Positions 1 through 11,690 of a stretch of 64,000 nt of DNA are shown one piece after another; the stretch's first letter is position 1, and the number at the start of each line of letters is the position of its first letter. The DNA lies in NCBI GenBank assembly GCA_965221695.1, contig OZ244905.1:1152001-1216000 (forward strand). The letters are read 5' to 3'. A program made the position numbers and the translations under genes. The stretch is from Gammaproteobacteria bacterium (GTDB taxonomy: Bacteria; Pseudomonadota; Gammaproteobacteria; Eutrophobiales; Eutrophobiaceae). Below the pieces are notes generated by a model. The model saw only the letters and a list, made by a program, of their open reading frames with translations, was not told where the DNA came from and made no database searches.

Positions 1-2
1 CT

Positions 3-1541
3 ATGAGCGAAGAAATCCTCATGAATGTCACTCCCCAGGAGACCCGCGTTGCGGTGGTGGAGAACGGCGTATTGCAGGATGTCCATATCGAAAGAAGCCG
101 CAAACGCGGTCTTGTCGGCAACATTATAAAAGGACGCGTATACCGGATATTGCCGGGCATGCAGTCAGCTTTTGTCGATATCGGCCTGGAACGCACCGGT
201 TTTTTGCACATCACGGACCTGGCCGAGACCATCGAAGATCCGGAAGCGGAGCCGGTGGCCGGAGCGCCGGCAGAAAGCTCAATTGACACCTTGTTGAGCG
301 AAGGTCAGGAGTTGCTGGCGCAAGTTGTGAAGGATCCGATTGGCGCAAAAGGCGCTCGGCTCACCACTCGTATTTCCATTCCATCCCGTTACCTTGTGTT
401 CATTCCCAACCAGACCGTAATCGGAATTTCCCAAAGAATAGAGGATGAGATAGAACGGGAACGCCTGCGCCAGGTTATTGTTCAGTACCAGGCTGAAGAG
501 CAGCCGGTCGCGCTGGGCGCGGGCGGCGGGACGATACTGCACACCATAAAACCGGAGCTAGCCAAGGGCGGCTTCATCGTAAGAACCGCCGCGGAGGGCG
601 CAGACGAAGAAGATCTGTGCCGAGACGTGGAATTTCTGCTCAAGCTTTGGGGCTCCATTTCCATCCGCGCAAAAAACACTTACGCGCCGGCATTGATTCA
701 TGAGGACCTGCCCCTGGTGATACGCACCATGCGGGATTTAACCCATGGCGAAGTTGAAAAAATACGCATCGACTCCAAGGAAACCTACCAACGTGTAATG
801 GAGTTCAGCAAACACTTTATTCCTGATTTCCTGGGCAGAATCGAATACTACTGCGGTGAACGGCCGATTATGGACATGTATTCCATCGAGGATGAGTTGC
901 AGAAATCCCTGGGGCGTAAGGTACAGTTGAAATCCGGCGGACACCTTGTCATCGACCAGACCGAGGCCATGACGACCATAGACGTCAACACTGGCGCATT
1001 TGTAGGCCACAGGAATCTGGAAGAAACCATTTACAAAACCAACCTTGAAGCGGCCCATGCCATAGCCAGGCAATTGCGTTTGCGCAACCTGGGCGGCATC
1101 ATCATCATTGATTTCATCGACATGAAGGAGCCGGAGCATGCGCGCCAGGTGCTGCGCACACTGGAAAAACGGGTGGAAAAAGATCATGCCAAAGTCACCA
1201 CCAGTGAGTTCACCTCGCTCGGCCTGGTGCAATTGACGCGCAAGCGAACCCGGGAAAGTATGGAACAAATTCTGTGTGAACCCTGTCCAAGCTGTAACGG
1301 GAGAGGGACTATGAAGACTCCGGAAACTGTCTGCTATGAAATTTTCCGTGAAATTCTGCGCGAGGTGCGCCAGTTTGACGGCAACAAACTGCTCGTCATA
1401 GCAGCGCAAACCATTGTAGACAGGTTGATGGACGAAGAATCTGCCAGCGTGGCTGAACTCGAGGAATTTATCGGCAGGCCAATTACCTTTCAGGTCGAAC
1501 CACTCTATATCAGGGAACAATACGACATCGTGCTACTTTAA
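3..1541 (+). CDS. rng: Ribonuclease G (Rne/Rng family)
   Basis: S1 domain (GNIIKGRVYRILPGMQSAFVDIG), KDPIGAKGARLT, catalytic IDVNTG...IIIDFIDM, Zn-link CPSCNGRG; 512 aa; upstream of yhdP. Confidence 0.96.
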   Translation: MSEEILMNVTPQETRVAVVENGVLQDVHIERSRKRGLVGNIIKGRVYRILPGMQSAFVDIGLERTGFLHITDLAETIEDPEAEPVAGAPAESSIDTLLSEGQELLAQVVKDPIGAKGARLTTRISIPSRYLVFIPNQTVIGISQRIEDEIERERLRQVIVQYQAEEQPVALGAGGGTILHTIKPELAKGGFIVRTAAEGADEEDLCRDVEFLLKLWGSISIRAKNTYAPALIHEDLPLVIRTMRDLTHGEVEKIRIDSKETYQRVMEFSKHFIPDFLGRIEYYCGERPIMDMYSIEDELQKSLGRKVQLKSGGHLVIDQTEAMTTIDVNTGAFVGHRNLEETIYKTNLEAAHAIARQLRLRNLGGIIIIDFIDMKEPEHARQVLRTLEKRVEKDHAKVTTSEFTSLGLVQLTRKRTRESMEQILCEPCPSCNGRGTMKTPETVCYEIFREILREVRQFDGNKLLVIAAQTIVDRLMDEESASVAELEEFIGRPITFQVEPLYIREQYDIVLL

Positions 1542-1616
1542 CCCGAGTTTCTCACCAGGCCGCCTTTTGCTGCCGGTAATATTTTTCGGTTAAGGTCATT
1601 TGCATACTTTTTCAAC

Positions 1617-4600
1617 ATGACATTCGGATTTAACCTGCGAGCCTACCATGTCGCGCTCTACTTCGTTGGCGCGGTTGTGCTGCTGGCGGCGATACTGGTT
1701 ACCGGTGTACGCCTGGCGTTGCCGAATATAGGCCAGTACAAAAGCGAGGTGGAAGCATGGGCCGGGTATTACCTGCAACATGACGTCGCCGTGGATTCCA
1801 TCAGCGCGGAATGGCAGGGATGGATACCCAGCGTGCTGTTGCAGGGAGTGCAACTGCGCAGCCGGGACAGCGCCGAGGATATCATCGGTTTCGATTCCGC
1901 AATTGTGGAAATATCCCCGTTGATGTCGTTACGTAAACGCCAGCCGGCGCCCAGGCGTATCGTGATTTCAGGATTGGACGTATCGGTATCGCGCCTCGGT
2001 GACGGCACACTGCTGGTACAGGACATCAATATCGACCCGGAGGACGGCGCACGCGACAACGAGTTCGTCAGGTGGCTGTTCGACCAGGACAGCATAGAAG
2101 TGCGGGACACCACCATCACCTGGACCGACCACAAGCACCGGCAGGATGCCATTCGTTTCACCGACGTCAACCTGCTGATTCGAAATGGCCGCGCCAGGTC
2201 CCAGATGACGGGGGACATGAGTCTTCCCGGCAAATACGGCAAGAAGATGAATTTTGCGCTGGACGCAACCGGTGAACTCTGGTCGTCAGACTGGTCCGGA
2301 GAAATCTACGCGTCCACCACGCAATTCAACCCGGACAGTTGGTACCGTGAATATCGGCCGGAGCGGCTGACGCCAGCCGGCGGCAGCGCCGACCTGGAAC
2401 TGTGGAGCGCCTGGGAGCAGGCGCAAGCCGTGCAGGTACAGGGGCGCCTGGCATACCGGGATTTCGTCGTGCTGACCTCGACAAAAACCCTGAATGTCAG
2501 CGCGCTGGCGACGCGCTTCGCGGCTAGTAAGCTGCCTGACAGGGACTGGCATATCTCCCTGAAACTTGACCGGATGGAAACCGAAAACGGCGCCTGGCCG
2601 GCCGCGAACATGGAATTTATCCTGCCGAAGACGCCGGACCGGCGTTACGCGCTGAGCTTCGATTACCTGAACCTGGCGGACTTGGAGCCGCTGGCCACCG
2701 GCATCGGGTTTATTCCTGAAGCCGCCGGGGACATGCTTGCTACGGCGTCGGTACGCGCTATGCTGCTGGATGGGCTGATTGTCTATGACCGCCGTCCGGG
2801 GGCAAAACAGGCGCTGGTTTACGACCTGGGCTTCACAAACCTGGAGGCAGACTTTGGCCCCGGCCGGCCGGCCGCCGGCATCAGCTCAGGGACGCTGCGC
2901 GGTACGGACAGCCGGGTCGATATTTCCCTGAGCGGCGCCGGCGCGAAATTCAGCATCCCGGACTTTTACAGCAATGACCTGGCGTTCGACAGTCTTAACG
3001 GATCGCTGTCCTGGTCGCGCACAGCAGACGGCTGGACGCTGCAAACAGATGAACTTTTTCTGGAAAACCGCGAGATGTCCCTGGCGGTCAGGGGAAGCGC
3101 GAAAAACGCCGGCGCGCGCCCCTTACCGCACCTGGACCTGGTTGCCGAAATCCGCAGCAAGCGGCTGGAGAACATGTACCGGTACATGCCTTACACGGAC
3201 AAATTCCGCATCAGGGAATGGATGCAGCGGTCATTGCATGCGGGACATGTCGAATCTGCGATCGCGGTCCTGCGCGGGCGCCCTGACGAGTTCCCGTTCC
3301 GCAACAACAACGGCAGCTTGCGCGGGGTAGTAAACCTGTCCCAGGGCATTGTCGAATATTCGCAGAAGTGGCCTGCCGTGGACAATGTCGATGCCGGAAT
3401 ATTTTTTCACAACGAACGGATGACCGCACAGATTAGCCGCGGCAGTGTTTTCGACGCGCAGGTGACCGAAGCCAAGACCATCATCGAAGACCTGACCAAG
3501 CGCCCCAAGGTAGTCCTGCTCAACGGCAAGGTCAAGGGCCCGGAACGGGACATGGAGGCCTACATTGAACAGAGTCCGCTGGCCGAGGACGGCATTATCC
3601 GCTACGCCAACCAGTCCCTGGTGTCAGGCAACTTTCAGATGGACCTGGACATGCGCATTCCGCTCAAAGCCCCGCACCTGCAGCCCGTTATCAACGGAAC
3701 GCTGCGGCTGGAAGACGCAAAGTTGGTGTCGGACGCCGGCAACCTTGAACTTGAGCAGGTCAATGGCACAGTCGGATTTACCCGGGATTCCGTGGATGGG
3801 CACGGACTGTCTGCGATGTTTGCCGGGCAACCGGTGGCGTTGAGCATGACCGGTTCCAGGAATACGCCCGACATGCCGCCTGTTTTTGTCATAGACGGGC
3901 GTTCAACCGATGATGCTATCATCCAACAGGTCAGCGAACGGTTCCCTGGCGCGGCGCATTTCGCATCGAAGCTGGCGGCGCGTATCGCCGGCCATGCAGA
4001 CTGGCAGGCGCGGTTCATCTTCGAGCAGGACGCGCAGGCCCTGAGCCAGCGACTGGAGTTGGAATCCGATCTGTACGGACTGCAGTTGGACCTGCCCAGG
4101 CCGCTGTGGAAACCTACCTACGCGAGGCGGCCGCTGGTGATCAGAAAAACCCTGGGGGAACCCGTGCCGGCAGAACTGGTTTATGACTCCACTGTCCATA
4201 CAAAGCTGCAAACCCGGCCGGACGGGAGTCTCGAAAGACTGGATATCAACCTCGGAAACGGCTTCCGCACCGGCCCTGCCGGCGACGGACTGAACCTGAC
4301 GGGTCATACCGGCATCCTGCAGTTTGATGCATGGCGAGACGCGCTTGCCTTCTTTACTCCCGAACAGGGCGGCGGGACCGGTTTTTTCAGTTCGGCAAAC
4401 ATTAACGTAGAACTGGAAACGGGCCTACTGAATGTGCTGAACCAGTCATTCAAGGACAGCAGCATGCAAGCGAGCCGGCTCAACGGAGATTGGCGGGTCG
4501 CAGTCCAGGGAGAGAGCCTGGAAGGTGAATTGTTCCTGCCAAAACGCCCGTCGCCGGAAAACAGGGTAGAGGTCAACCTCGATAAACTGGCGCTGAGGAA

Positions 4601-5555
4601 GACCGGCGAAGACCGGAGAGCCGGCGCGGCCGACCCGAAAAAAATGCCGCCAATCCGGGCGGAAGTCGCCGACTTCACCTATGGCGACTATGAATTCGGC
4701 AGCATGCAGCTTGTGGCTGCGCCGACCGTGAACGGACTTTCCATCGAGGAAATCGGGTTTGCGACGCCGGAGATGACCATTACCGGAAGCGGCCTGTGGA
4801 ATAAGCCATTGAACCTAAGCAGGTCAGTCTTTAACATCAATGTGGAAGCCGAAAAACTGCATAAGATGCTGGCAGCCTTTGGCTATGACGATACCGCGAT
4901 CAAGGCCGGCAAAACGAAAATTGCCATCGATGCCGGCTGGGACGGCGGGCCACATGAATTTTCACTGGAGAAGCTGGCCGGCACGTTTGACATACGGATA
5001 AAAAAAGGCCAACTTCTCGAGGTGTCTCCTGCAGCGGGAAGACTCTTTGGATTATTGAGTATCCAGACCCTGCCCAGGAGGCTGACACTGGACTTTACCG
5101 ACCTGTTCGGCAAGGGCCTGGCTTTCGATAAGATAACCGGGGGGTTCAATATCACCAACGGCAATGCATATACCAATAACCTGCACCTGACCGGCCCCAG
5201 CGCCGATGTGCTCATCAGCGGCAGGACGGGCCTGACCGACCAGGACTATGACCAACTCGTCACCGTTACCCCCCAGTTCGCGAACAACCTGCCGCTGGCC
5301 AGCGCCCTGTTAGGTCCGGTCGGAATCGGAGTCGGCGCAGTGTTGTACCTGGCTGACAACATGTTCGGGGTAATCGATAACAATATCAACAAAATGCTGA
5401 GCTACCAGTACACAATCACCGGCAACTGGCACGACCCGAAAATAGAAAAAGTGAGAGCGCTGCAGGAAGACAAGCAGGTAAACACCTCTGGCACAGAACC
5501 CGCTTTGGACAAGCAGGCAAAAGTTTCCGACCCGGCTCTGCGGGCCCATCCCTGA
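1617..5555 (+). CDS. yhdP: YhdP family AsmA-like phospholipid transport protein
   Basis: 1312 aa; N-terminal TM anchor; C-terminal AGRLFGLLSIQTLPRRLTLDFTDLFGKGLAFD and YQYTITGNWHDP motifs; canonical rng-yhdP order. Confidence 0.92.
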   Translation: MTFGFNLRAYHVALYFVGAVVLLAAILVTGVRLALPNIGQYKSEVEAWAGYYLQHDVAVDSISAEWQGWIPSVLLQGVQLRSRDSAEDIIGFDSAIVEISPLMSLRKRQPAPRRIVISGLDVSVSRLGDGTLLVQDINIDPEDGARDNEFVRWLFDQDSIEVRDTTITWTDHKHRQDAIRFTDVNLLIRNGRARSQMTGDMSLPGKYGKKMNFALDATGELWSSDWSGEIYASTTQFNPDSWYREYRPERLTPAGGSADLELWSAWEQAQAVQVQGRLAYRDFVVLTSTKTLNVSALATRFAASKLPDRDWHISLKLDRMETENGAWPAANMEFILPKTPDRRYALSFDYLNLADLEPLATGIGFIPEAAGDMLATASVRAMLLDGLIVYDRRPGAKQALVYDLGFTNLEADFGPGRPAAGISSGTLRGTDSRVDISLSGAGAKFSIPDFYSNDLAFDSLNGSLSWSRTADGWTLQTDELFLENREMSLAVRGSAKNAGARPLPHLDLVAEIRSKRLENMYRYMPYTDKFRIREWMQRSLHAGHVESAIAVLRGRPDEFPFRNNNGSLRGVVNLSQGIVEYSQKWPAVDNVDAGIFFHNERMTAQISRGSVFDAQVTEAKTIIEDLTKRPKVVLLNGKVKGPERDMEAYIEQSPLAEDGIIRYANQSLVSGNFQMDLDMRIPLKAPHLQPVINGTLRLEDAKLVSDAGNLELEQVNGTVGFTRDSVDGHGLSAMFAGQPVALSMTGSRNTPDMPPVFVIDGRSTDDAIIQQVSERFPGAAHFASKLAARIAGHADWQARFIFEQDAQALSQRLELESDLYGLQLDLPRPLWKPTYARRPLVIRKTLGEPVPAELVYDSTVHTKLQTRPDGSLERLDINLGNGFRTGPAGDGLNLTGHTGILQFDAWRDALAFFTPEQGGGTGFFSSANINVELETGLLNVLNQSFKDSSMQASRLNGDWRVAVQGESLEGELFLPKRPSPENRVEVNLDKLALRKTGEDRRAGAADPKKMPPIRAEVADFTYGDYEFGSMQLVAAPTVNGLSIEEIGFATPEMTITGSGLWNKPLNLSRSVFNINVEAEKLHKMLAAFGYDDTAIKAGKTKIAIDAGWDGGPHEFSLEKLAGTFDIRIKKGQLLEVSPAAGRLFGLLSIQTLPRRLTLDFTDLFGKGLAFDKITGGFNITNGNAYTNNLHLTGPSADVLISGRTGLTDQDYDQLVTVTPQFANNLPLASALLGPVGIGVGAVLYLADNMFGVIDNNINKMLSYQYTITGNWHDPKIEKVRALQEDKQVNTSGTEPALDKQAKVSDPALRAHP

Positions 5556-5564
5556 TCCAGTTAG

Positions 5565-6656
5565 ATGACCACCGGGAAAATCATCGTCGGCGTGTCCGGC
5601 GGCGTCGACTCCTCGGTCGCGGCGTTGCTCTTGCTCGAACAGGGTTACGACGTAGAGGCGCTGTTCATGAAGAACTGGGATGAAACCGACGAGCGCGGCG
5701 ATTGCATCTGGGAAGCGGATGTGGAAGACGCGCTGGCCGTCTGCGAAAAACTCGGGATCAAGCTCAATACCGTGGACTTGTCCGAGGCATACTGGCACAA
5801 GGTATTCCGGGAGTTCCTGCAGGAGTACCAGCGCGGGCGTACGCCCAACCCCGACATACTGTGCAATCAGGAGATCAAGTTCCGCGCGTTCCTGGACCAC
5901 GCAGCGTCCCTGGACGCCGCGGCAATTGCCACCGGGCATTATGCGGCCATCCGGCGCGATAACGGCGCCTGCCGGCTGCACAAGGGCGCCGACCGCAACA
6001 AGGACCAGAGTTATTTTCTGTGCCGACTCAACCAGGCGCAACTGGCAAAAAGCCTGTTCCCGCTGGGGACGCTGAAAAAGCCGGAGGTGCGCGCCCTGGC
6101 GCAACGCCATGGCCTGATCACCCATGACAAAAAAGACAGTACCGGCATCTGTTTTATCGGCGAACGCCCGTTCCGCGACTTTCTCAGCCACTACCTGCCG
6201 GTACAGCCGGGGCCGATTCTCGCGATTGATGGCGCTGAACTGGGCGAACACGCCGGGGTACATTTCTACACCCTGGGGCAGCGTCGGGGACTGGGCATCG
6301 GCGGGATCAGGGATTACCCGGATCAGCCCTGGTACGTGGTGGGCAAGGACGTGCCAAACAACACGCTGACGGTGGCCCAGGGACATGACCACCCGGCCCT
6401 GTACAGCCGCGGCCTGGTCGCGGCAAACATGCACTGGATCACGGACGCGCCAACGCTGCCGCGTAAATGCGCGGTGAAAACGCGCTACCGCCAGGCCGAC
6501 CAACCCTGTACAATCGAGCCGCTGGACACTGACAGGGTCAAGGCGCTTTGCGCCCGCCCGCAACGAGCTGTCACCCCCGGCCAATACGCGGTCTTCTACG
6601 ACGGCGACCAATGCCTGGGTGGCGGTGTGATCGAAACAACTTTCGGGAACCTCTGA
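5565..6656 (+). CDS. mnmA: tRNA 2-thiouridine(34) synthase MnmA
   Basis: SGGVDSS PP-loop, [43 protein letters not shown]. Confidence 0.97.
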   Translation: MTTGKIIVGVSGGVDSSVAALLLLEQGYDVEALFMKNWDETDERGDCIWEADVEDALAVCEKLGIKLNTVDLSEAYWHKVFREFLQEYQRGRTPNPDILCNQEIKFRAFLDHAASLDAAAIATGHYAAIRRDNGACRLHKGADRNKDQSYFLCRLNQAQLAKSLFPLGTLKKPEVRALAQRHGLITHDKKDSTGICFIGERPFRDFLSHYLPVQPGPILAIDGAELGEHAGVHFYTLGQRRGLGIGGIRDYPDQPWYVVGKDVPNNTLTVAQGHDHPALYSRGLVAANMHWITDAPTLPRKCAVKTRYRQADQPCTIEPLDTDRVKALCARPQRAVTPGQYAVFYDGDQCLGGGVIETTFGNL

Positions 6657-6675
6657 TCAAGTCTCAGAGCTTCTC
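6645..6675. mobile_element. Short palindromic IS5-end-like miniature element (family A)
   Basis: GGGAACCTCTGA-TCAAGTC-TCAGAGCTTCTC; contains the mnmA stop codon. Confidence 0.75.
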
Positions 6676-6693
6676 TAACCCGGAAAAGAAAAT

Positions 6694-6721
6694 TTGACAT
6701 TCATTTTGAATATGCAATACT
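6694..6721 (+). promoter_or_regulatory. Putative sigma70 promoter for the 6751 ORF
   Basis: TTGACA (6694-6699), 16-nt spacer, TG-n-AATACT. Confidence 0.4.
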
Positions 6722-6750
6722 CGTTTGGTATCTGAAATCAACATTCAGTC

Positions 6751-6972
6751 ATGATTAACCGTACTTTAAGAACGATTCGCAACTTCGGTTCTGTCCTCAA
6801 TGTAGCGCCTGAAACCAGGTATGAGCAGTTAGTGCCAAGAGAATCGTTTAACGAACGCCTACGCTTAAGTTTTGAACGAACAGGCCTGGCTATTCGCCAC
6901 GCCATGGACATGAAAAAAGATGAGCAGGGAACGCAAAAAAATACAGGGCCAGTCTCAAACTTCAGAGGCTGA
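6751..6972 (+). CDS. Small hypothetical protein, resembles the usual upstream partner of DUF2335 genes
   Basis: 73 aa, AT-richer DNA; FGSVLNVAP...SFERTGLAIRHAM pattern; overlaps the next ORF. Confidence 0.55.
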   Translation: MINRTLRTIRNFGSVLNVAPETRYEQLVPRESFNERLRLSFERTGLAIRHAMDMKKDEQGTQKNTGPVSNFRG

Positions 6973-7129
6973 ACCTTTCATCTCTTCAGAAAACCATTCC
7001 AGGCAAGTCGTCCAGACAACATATAGCGGTCCTTTGCCGACTTCATCCGAGTTGGCTAAATTCGAACATATTGTTCCCTGTTGCAAAGTTCCCAACTGGT
7101 ACAGAGATTTTCAGGATAAAACCGATTAA
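6920..7129 (+). pseudogene. Truncated DUF2335-like membrane protein
   Basis: YSGPLPTSSELAKFEHIVP matches the DUF2335 N-terminal motif; the following G-A-A-E-R-I helix and TM segments are absent. Confidence 0.6.
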
Positions 7130-7184
7130 TCGTCTTTGCATTGTAATATAAAGAAATCGAAACATAACATATAGAGGAAATAAG

Positions 7185-7844
<660 letters not shown>

Positions 7845-7865
7845 AAAGTGAATAAGGAGTTATCA

Positions 7866-10514
7866 TTGATCGACACTACAACAACAGTTGAGGTAAACGG
7901 CAAAAGTTACCGGATTTATTCCCTGCAGGCGCTGGCCGAGCGGCATGACATCAGCCACCTGCCCTATTCCCTGAAAATCCTGTTGGAGAACCTGCTGCGT
8001 CACGAAGACGGCGCCAACATTTCCCGGGAGGACATCGAGGCGCTCGCGGACTGGGACCCGCAGGCAAAACCGGATCGGGAAATCGCGTTCACCCCTGCGC
8101 GGGTATTGATGCAGGATTTTACCGGCGTCCCGGCCATAGTAGACCTTGCCGCGATGCGCGATGCGATGCAGTCGCTGGGCGGCGATCCGGACAAGATCAA
8201 TCCACTGTCCCCGGCTGAACTGGTTATCGACCACTCGGTGATGGTGGATGTGTTCGGCACGCCGGATGCCGCGCAACGCAACGCAGCCATCGAGTTCGAG
8301 CGCAACCGGGAGCGGTATGAATTCCTGCGCTGGGGGCAGCAGGCGTTCTCCAATTTCAAGGTCGTGCCGCCGGACACCGGCATCGTGCACCAGGTCAACC
8401 TCGAATACCTGGCGAGGACGGTGTTCACCAGGCAGGTCAACGGCGCGGTTGAAGCCTACCCGGACACCGTCGTCGGCACCGATTCACACACCACGATGAT
8501 CAACGGCCTGGGCGTACTGGGCTGGGGCGTGGGCGGCATCGAGGCCGAAGCGGCGATGCTCGGGCAGCCGATCACGATGCTGATTCCCGAGGTCGTCGGT
8601 TTTCGCCTCAGCGGCGCATTGCCGGAAGGCGCCACCGCCACCGACCTGGTATTGACCGTGGTGGAAATGCTGCGCGAGCATGGCGTAGTCGGCAAGTTTG
8701 TCGAATTTTACGGAGACGGCCTGGACAACCTATCGCTGGCCGACCGGGCAACCATTGCCAACATGGCCCCGGAGTACGGCGCCACCTGCGGCATCTTCCC
8801 GATTGACCGGGAAACCATCGACTACCTGCGCCTGTCCGGCAGGGACAGCGAACAGGTTGAACTGGTCGAGGCGTATGCAAAAGCCCAAGGCATGTGGCGT
8901 GATGCGGACAGCCCCGAGGCGCGCTATTCCGCTACCCTGAGCCTGGACATCGGCACGGTAACACCGAGCCTGGCCGGGCCGAAGCGACCCCAGGACCGCA
9001 TCGCCCTGGCCGAGGTCGGGAAACGTTTCCGCGAGGGCCTGGCGGACATGACCGGCCGTAACGAACCGGCGCGCGCCGAAACAGCCGATTTCGAGTTGAA
9101 GGACGGCGCAGTCGTGATTGCGGCAATTACCTCCTGCACCAACACCTCGAACCCGGCCGTCATGGTCGGCGCCGGACTGGTGGCAAAAAAAGCAAGCGCG
9201 CGCGGGCTGTCCGTGAAACCCTGGGTAAAGACCAGCCTGGCGCCGGGTTCCCTGGTGGTCAGGGACTACCTGGCGCGGGCGGGGCTGAACGAAAGCCTGG
9301 ATGCCCTGGGTTTTAATATCGTCGGCTACGGCTGCACCACCTGTATCGGCAACTCCGGCCCGTTGCCGGACGCGGTCAGCCGGGGCATCCGCGAGGGCGA
9401 CCTGGTGGCCGCATCGGCGCTGTCCGGCAACCGCAACTTCGAAGGCCGGGTCCATGCCGAGGTCAAAATGAACTTCCTGGCATCGCCGCCGCTGGTGGTA
9501 GCCTACGCGATCGCCGGCACGGTGGATATCGACCTGCAGAACGATCCCCTGGGGCAGGACCCGAACGGCAACAATGTCTACCTTAAGGACATCTGGCCGA
9601 GCCAGGCGGAGATCAATGCGGTCATCGCCGAAGCCATCGATTCAGACATGTTCCGCAGTTCCTACCGGCAAGCCTTCGCCGGCGATGCCAACTGGAACGC
9701 CATCGACACCCCCAAAAGCAGCAGGTACCAGTGGAATGAAGCCTCCACCTACGTGCAGAACCCGCCTTATTTCGAGGGTATGAGCACAACCCCGGGCCGG
9801 ATTGAGCCGATCCGGAACGCCAGGGCGCTGGTCAAACTGGGCGACAGCATTACTACCGACCACATCTCTCCCGCCGGCGCCATCAAGGCCGACACGCCGG
9901 CGGGCCGGTACCTGGTCGGCATGGGCGTCGAGCCGCAGGACTTCAACTCCTACGGCTCCCGCCGCGGCAACCACGAGGTGATGATGCGCGGCACGTTTGC
10001 CAATATCCGCCTCAGAAACCAGCTTGCGCCGGGAACCGAAGGGGGCTGGACCACGCACCAGCCCTCCGGGGAGCAGATGACGATCTACGAAGCCGCGATG
10101 CGCTACCGGGAACAAGAGGTTCCGCTGATTGTGCTGGCCGGCAGCGAATACGGAACCGGCTCATCCCGGGACTGGGCCGCCAAAGGCGCCAGGCTGCTGG
10201 GTATCCGGGCGGTGATTGCGGTCAGTTTTGAGCGCATCCACCGTTCCAATCTGGTCGGCATGGGCGTATTGCCGCTGGTGTTCCAACCGGGACAAGACGC
10301 CGGCAGCCTGGGCCTGACGGGAGAAGAAACCTATTCCATCGACGGCCTTGAAACCGGCGCCGAAGAAGCGCTGATACGCGCGGTCGCGGATAACGGCGCC
10401 ACAACGGAATTCACTGCGATGGTGCGCGTGGATACCCCGAAAGAATGGGAGTATTACAACAATGGCGGCATCCTGCATTACGTGCTGCGGCAACTGATAT
10501 CCGCTTCGTCTTGA
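7866..10514 (+). CDS. acnA: Aconitate hydratase AcnA
   Basis: [50 protein letters not shown]; TTG at 7866 follows an AAGGAG RBS (alternative GTG start at 7848). Confidence 0.97.
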   Translation: MIDTTTTVEVNGKSYRIYSLQALAERHDISHLPYSLKILLENLLRHEDGANISREDIEALADWDPQAKPDREIAFTPARVLMQDFTGVPAIVDLAAMRDAMQSLGGDPDKINPLSPAELVIDHSVMVDVFGTPDAAQRNAAIEFERNRERYEFLRWGQQAFSNFKVVPPDTGIVHQVNLEYLARTVFTRQVNGAVEAYPDTVVGTDSHTTMINGLGVLGWGVGGIEAEAAMLGQPITMLIPEVVGFRLSGALPEGATATDLVLTVVEMLREHGVVGKFVEFYGDGLDNLSLADRATIANMAPEYGATCGIFPIDRETIDYLRLSGRDSEQVELVEAYAKAQGMWRDADSPEARYSATLSLDIGTVTPSLAGPKRPQDRIALAEVGKRFREGLADMTGRNEPARAETADFELKDGAVVIAAITSCTNTSNPAVMVGAGLVAKKASARGLSVKPWVKTSLAPGSLVVRDYLARAGLNESLDALGFNIVGYGCTTCIGNSGPLPDAVSRGIREGDLVAASALSGNRNFEGRVHAEVKMNFLASPPLVVAYAIAGTVDIDLQNDPLGQDPNGNNVYLKDIWPSQAEINAVIAEAIDSDMFRSSYRQAFAGDANWNAIDTPKSSRYQWNEASTYVQNPPYFEGMSTTPGRIEPIRNARALVKLGDSITTDHISPAGAIKADTPAGRYLVGMGVEPQDFNSYGSRRGNHEVMMRGTFANIRLRNQLAPGTEGGWTTHQPSGEQMTIYEAAMRYREQEVPLIVLAGSEYGTGSSRDWAAKGARLLGIRAVIAVSFERIHRSNLVGMGVLPLVFQPGQDAGSLGLTGEETYSIDGLETGAEEALIRAVADNGATTEFTAMVRVDTPKEWEYYNNGGILHYVLRQLISASS

Positions 10515-10515
10515 G

Positions 10516-11187
10516 ATGAAAATCCTTGCCCTGGACACCTCGACTGAGGCTTGTTCCGCGGCCCTGCTCTGTGACGGCAGCGTCTACGCGCGGCATGAGA
10601 TCGCGCCGCGCCGCCACGCAGAGTTGATTCTCCCCATGGTGGATTCCGTGCTGGCGCAGGCCGGGTTTGGCCTGAACGATCTTGACGCCATCGCGTTTGG
10701 CCGCGGACCCGGGGCCTTCACCGGCGTGCGCATCGCCGCGGGCGTTACCCAGGGACTGGCGCTGGGCGCCAGCCTACCGGTGATTCCGATCTCCTCACTG
10801 GCCGCGCTGGCGCAGCCTGCGCTTGGCAATGGGGCTGTTGTGCTGGCGGCGATCGATGCAAGGATGGGCGAAATTTACTGGGCCGCCTACGAAACTGCGC
10901 AGGATGGTCTGGCAAGTCCGATATCCGAGGAGCAGGTTACCTCGCCCGATCTGGAGAAAGTTCCTGCAACCGGTCCGATCTTTGGCGTCGGCAGCGGCTG
11001 GAAAACCTATCGGGAGCGTCTCGAGCGCGCTCTGACCGGCCAAGTCAGTGGCGCCGATCCGAACTGCTTCCCGCTGGCACAGCATATGCTGCCGCTGGCA
11101 CAGAGAGAATACCGCGCCGGGCATTGCGCCGGCGCGCAACAGGCGTTGCCCGTATATTTGAGGGACAATGTCGTCAAGCAGGGATGA
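10516..11187 (+). CDS. tsaB: tRNA threonylcarbamoyladenosine biosynthesis protein TsaB
   Basis: [43 protein letters not shown]. Confidence 0.95.
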   Translation: MKILALDTSTEACSAALLCDGSVYARHEIAPRRHAELILPMVDSVLAQAGFGLNDLDAIAFGRGPGAFTGVRIAAGVTQGLALGASLPVIPISSLAALAQPALGNGAVVLAAIDARMGEIYWAAYETAQDGLASPISEEQVTSPDLEKVPATGPIFGVGSGWKTYRERLERALTGQVSGADPNCFPLAQHMLPLAQREYRAGHCAGAQQALPVYLRDNVVKQG

Positions 11188-11214
11188 TCGTTAAAACCGC
11201 TGTTGTCATACCGA

Positions 11215-11592
11215 TCAAAGGTCTTTGATAAACTCCTGGTAAGCGTCCTCGTCCATGAACTGCTCCAGTTCGCCCATATCGTCCGGCGCCAGTTTGAAAA
11301 ACCAGCCACTATCGGTAGGGTCGAAATTTACCGCCTCCGGTTTATCTGCCAGGACGCCGTTTACCGCAAGCACCTCGCCACTGATGGCTGCCTTGATCTC
11401 ACCCGCGGCCTTGACGGATTCTATGATTGCCGCCTCACTGCCGGCGCTTAGCATATCGCCCACATTGGGCAACTCGATATAGACAATATCGCCTAGCTGA
11501 TCCTGCGCATAATCAGTGATGCCAATGGTAACCGCGCCATCATCTTCCACGCGCAACCACTCATGCTCTTCGGTAAATTTAATACTACTCAT
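11215..11592 (-). CDS. gcvH: Glycine cleavage system H protein
   Basis: HEWLR, IGITDYAQDQLGDIVY, lipoyl-lysine motif IESVKAA. Confidence 0.95.
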   Translation of the reverse strand: MSSIKFTEEHEWLRVEDDGAVTIGITDYAQDQLGDIVYIELPNVGDMLSAGSEAAIIESVKAAGEIKAAISGEVLAVNGVLADKPEAVNFDPTDSGWFFKLAPDDMGELEQFMDEDAYQEFIKDL

Positions 11593-11635
11593 GTGCCGCT
11601 AATCTCCTATGAAACCTTTGCTTCAGTCAGTTGGG

Positions 11636-11670
11636 TTAAGGAATCTCTGATTAAGTCAGAGCTTTCCTAA
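11636..11670. mobile_element. Family A miniature element (short form)
   Basis: TTAA-GGAATCTCTGA-TTAAG-TCAGAGCTTTCC-TAA. Confidence 0.8.
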
Positions 11671-11690
11671 GTATAACACTGAGACCAGAT

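Noticed and set aside
5310-6611. Long antisense ORFs (also 16701-17807, 24665-25663, 44135-45124, 48839-49930, 51143-52168, 62014-63051)
   Set aside because: They are shadows of well-supported genes in GC-rich DNA and have no recognisable motifs
11593-11690. Glycine riboswitch upstream of gcvH
   Set aside because: The region is too short and its only hairpin is a family A element
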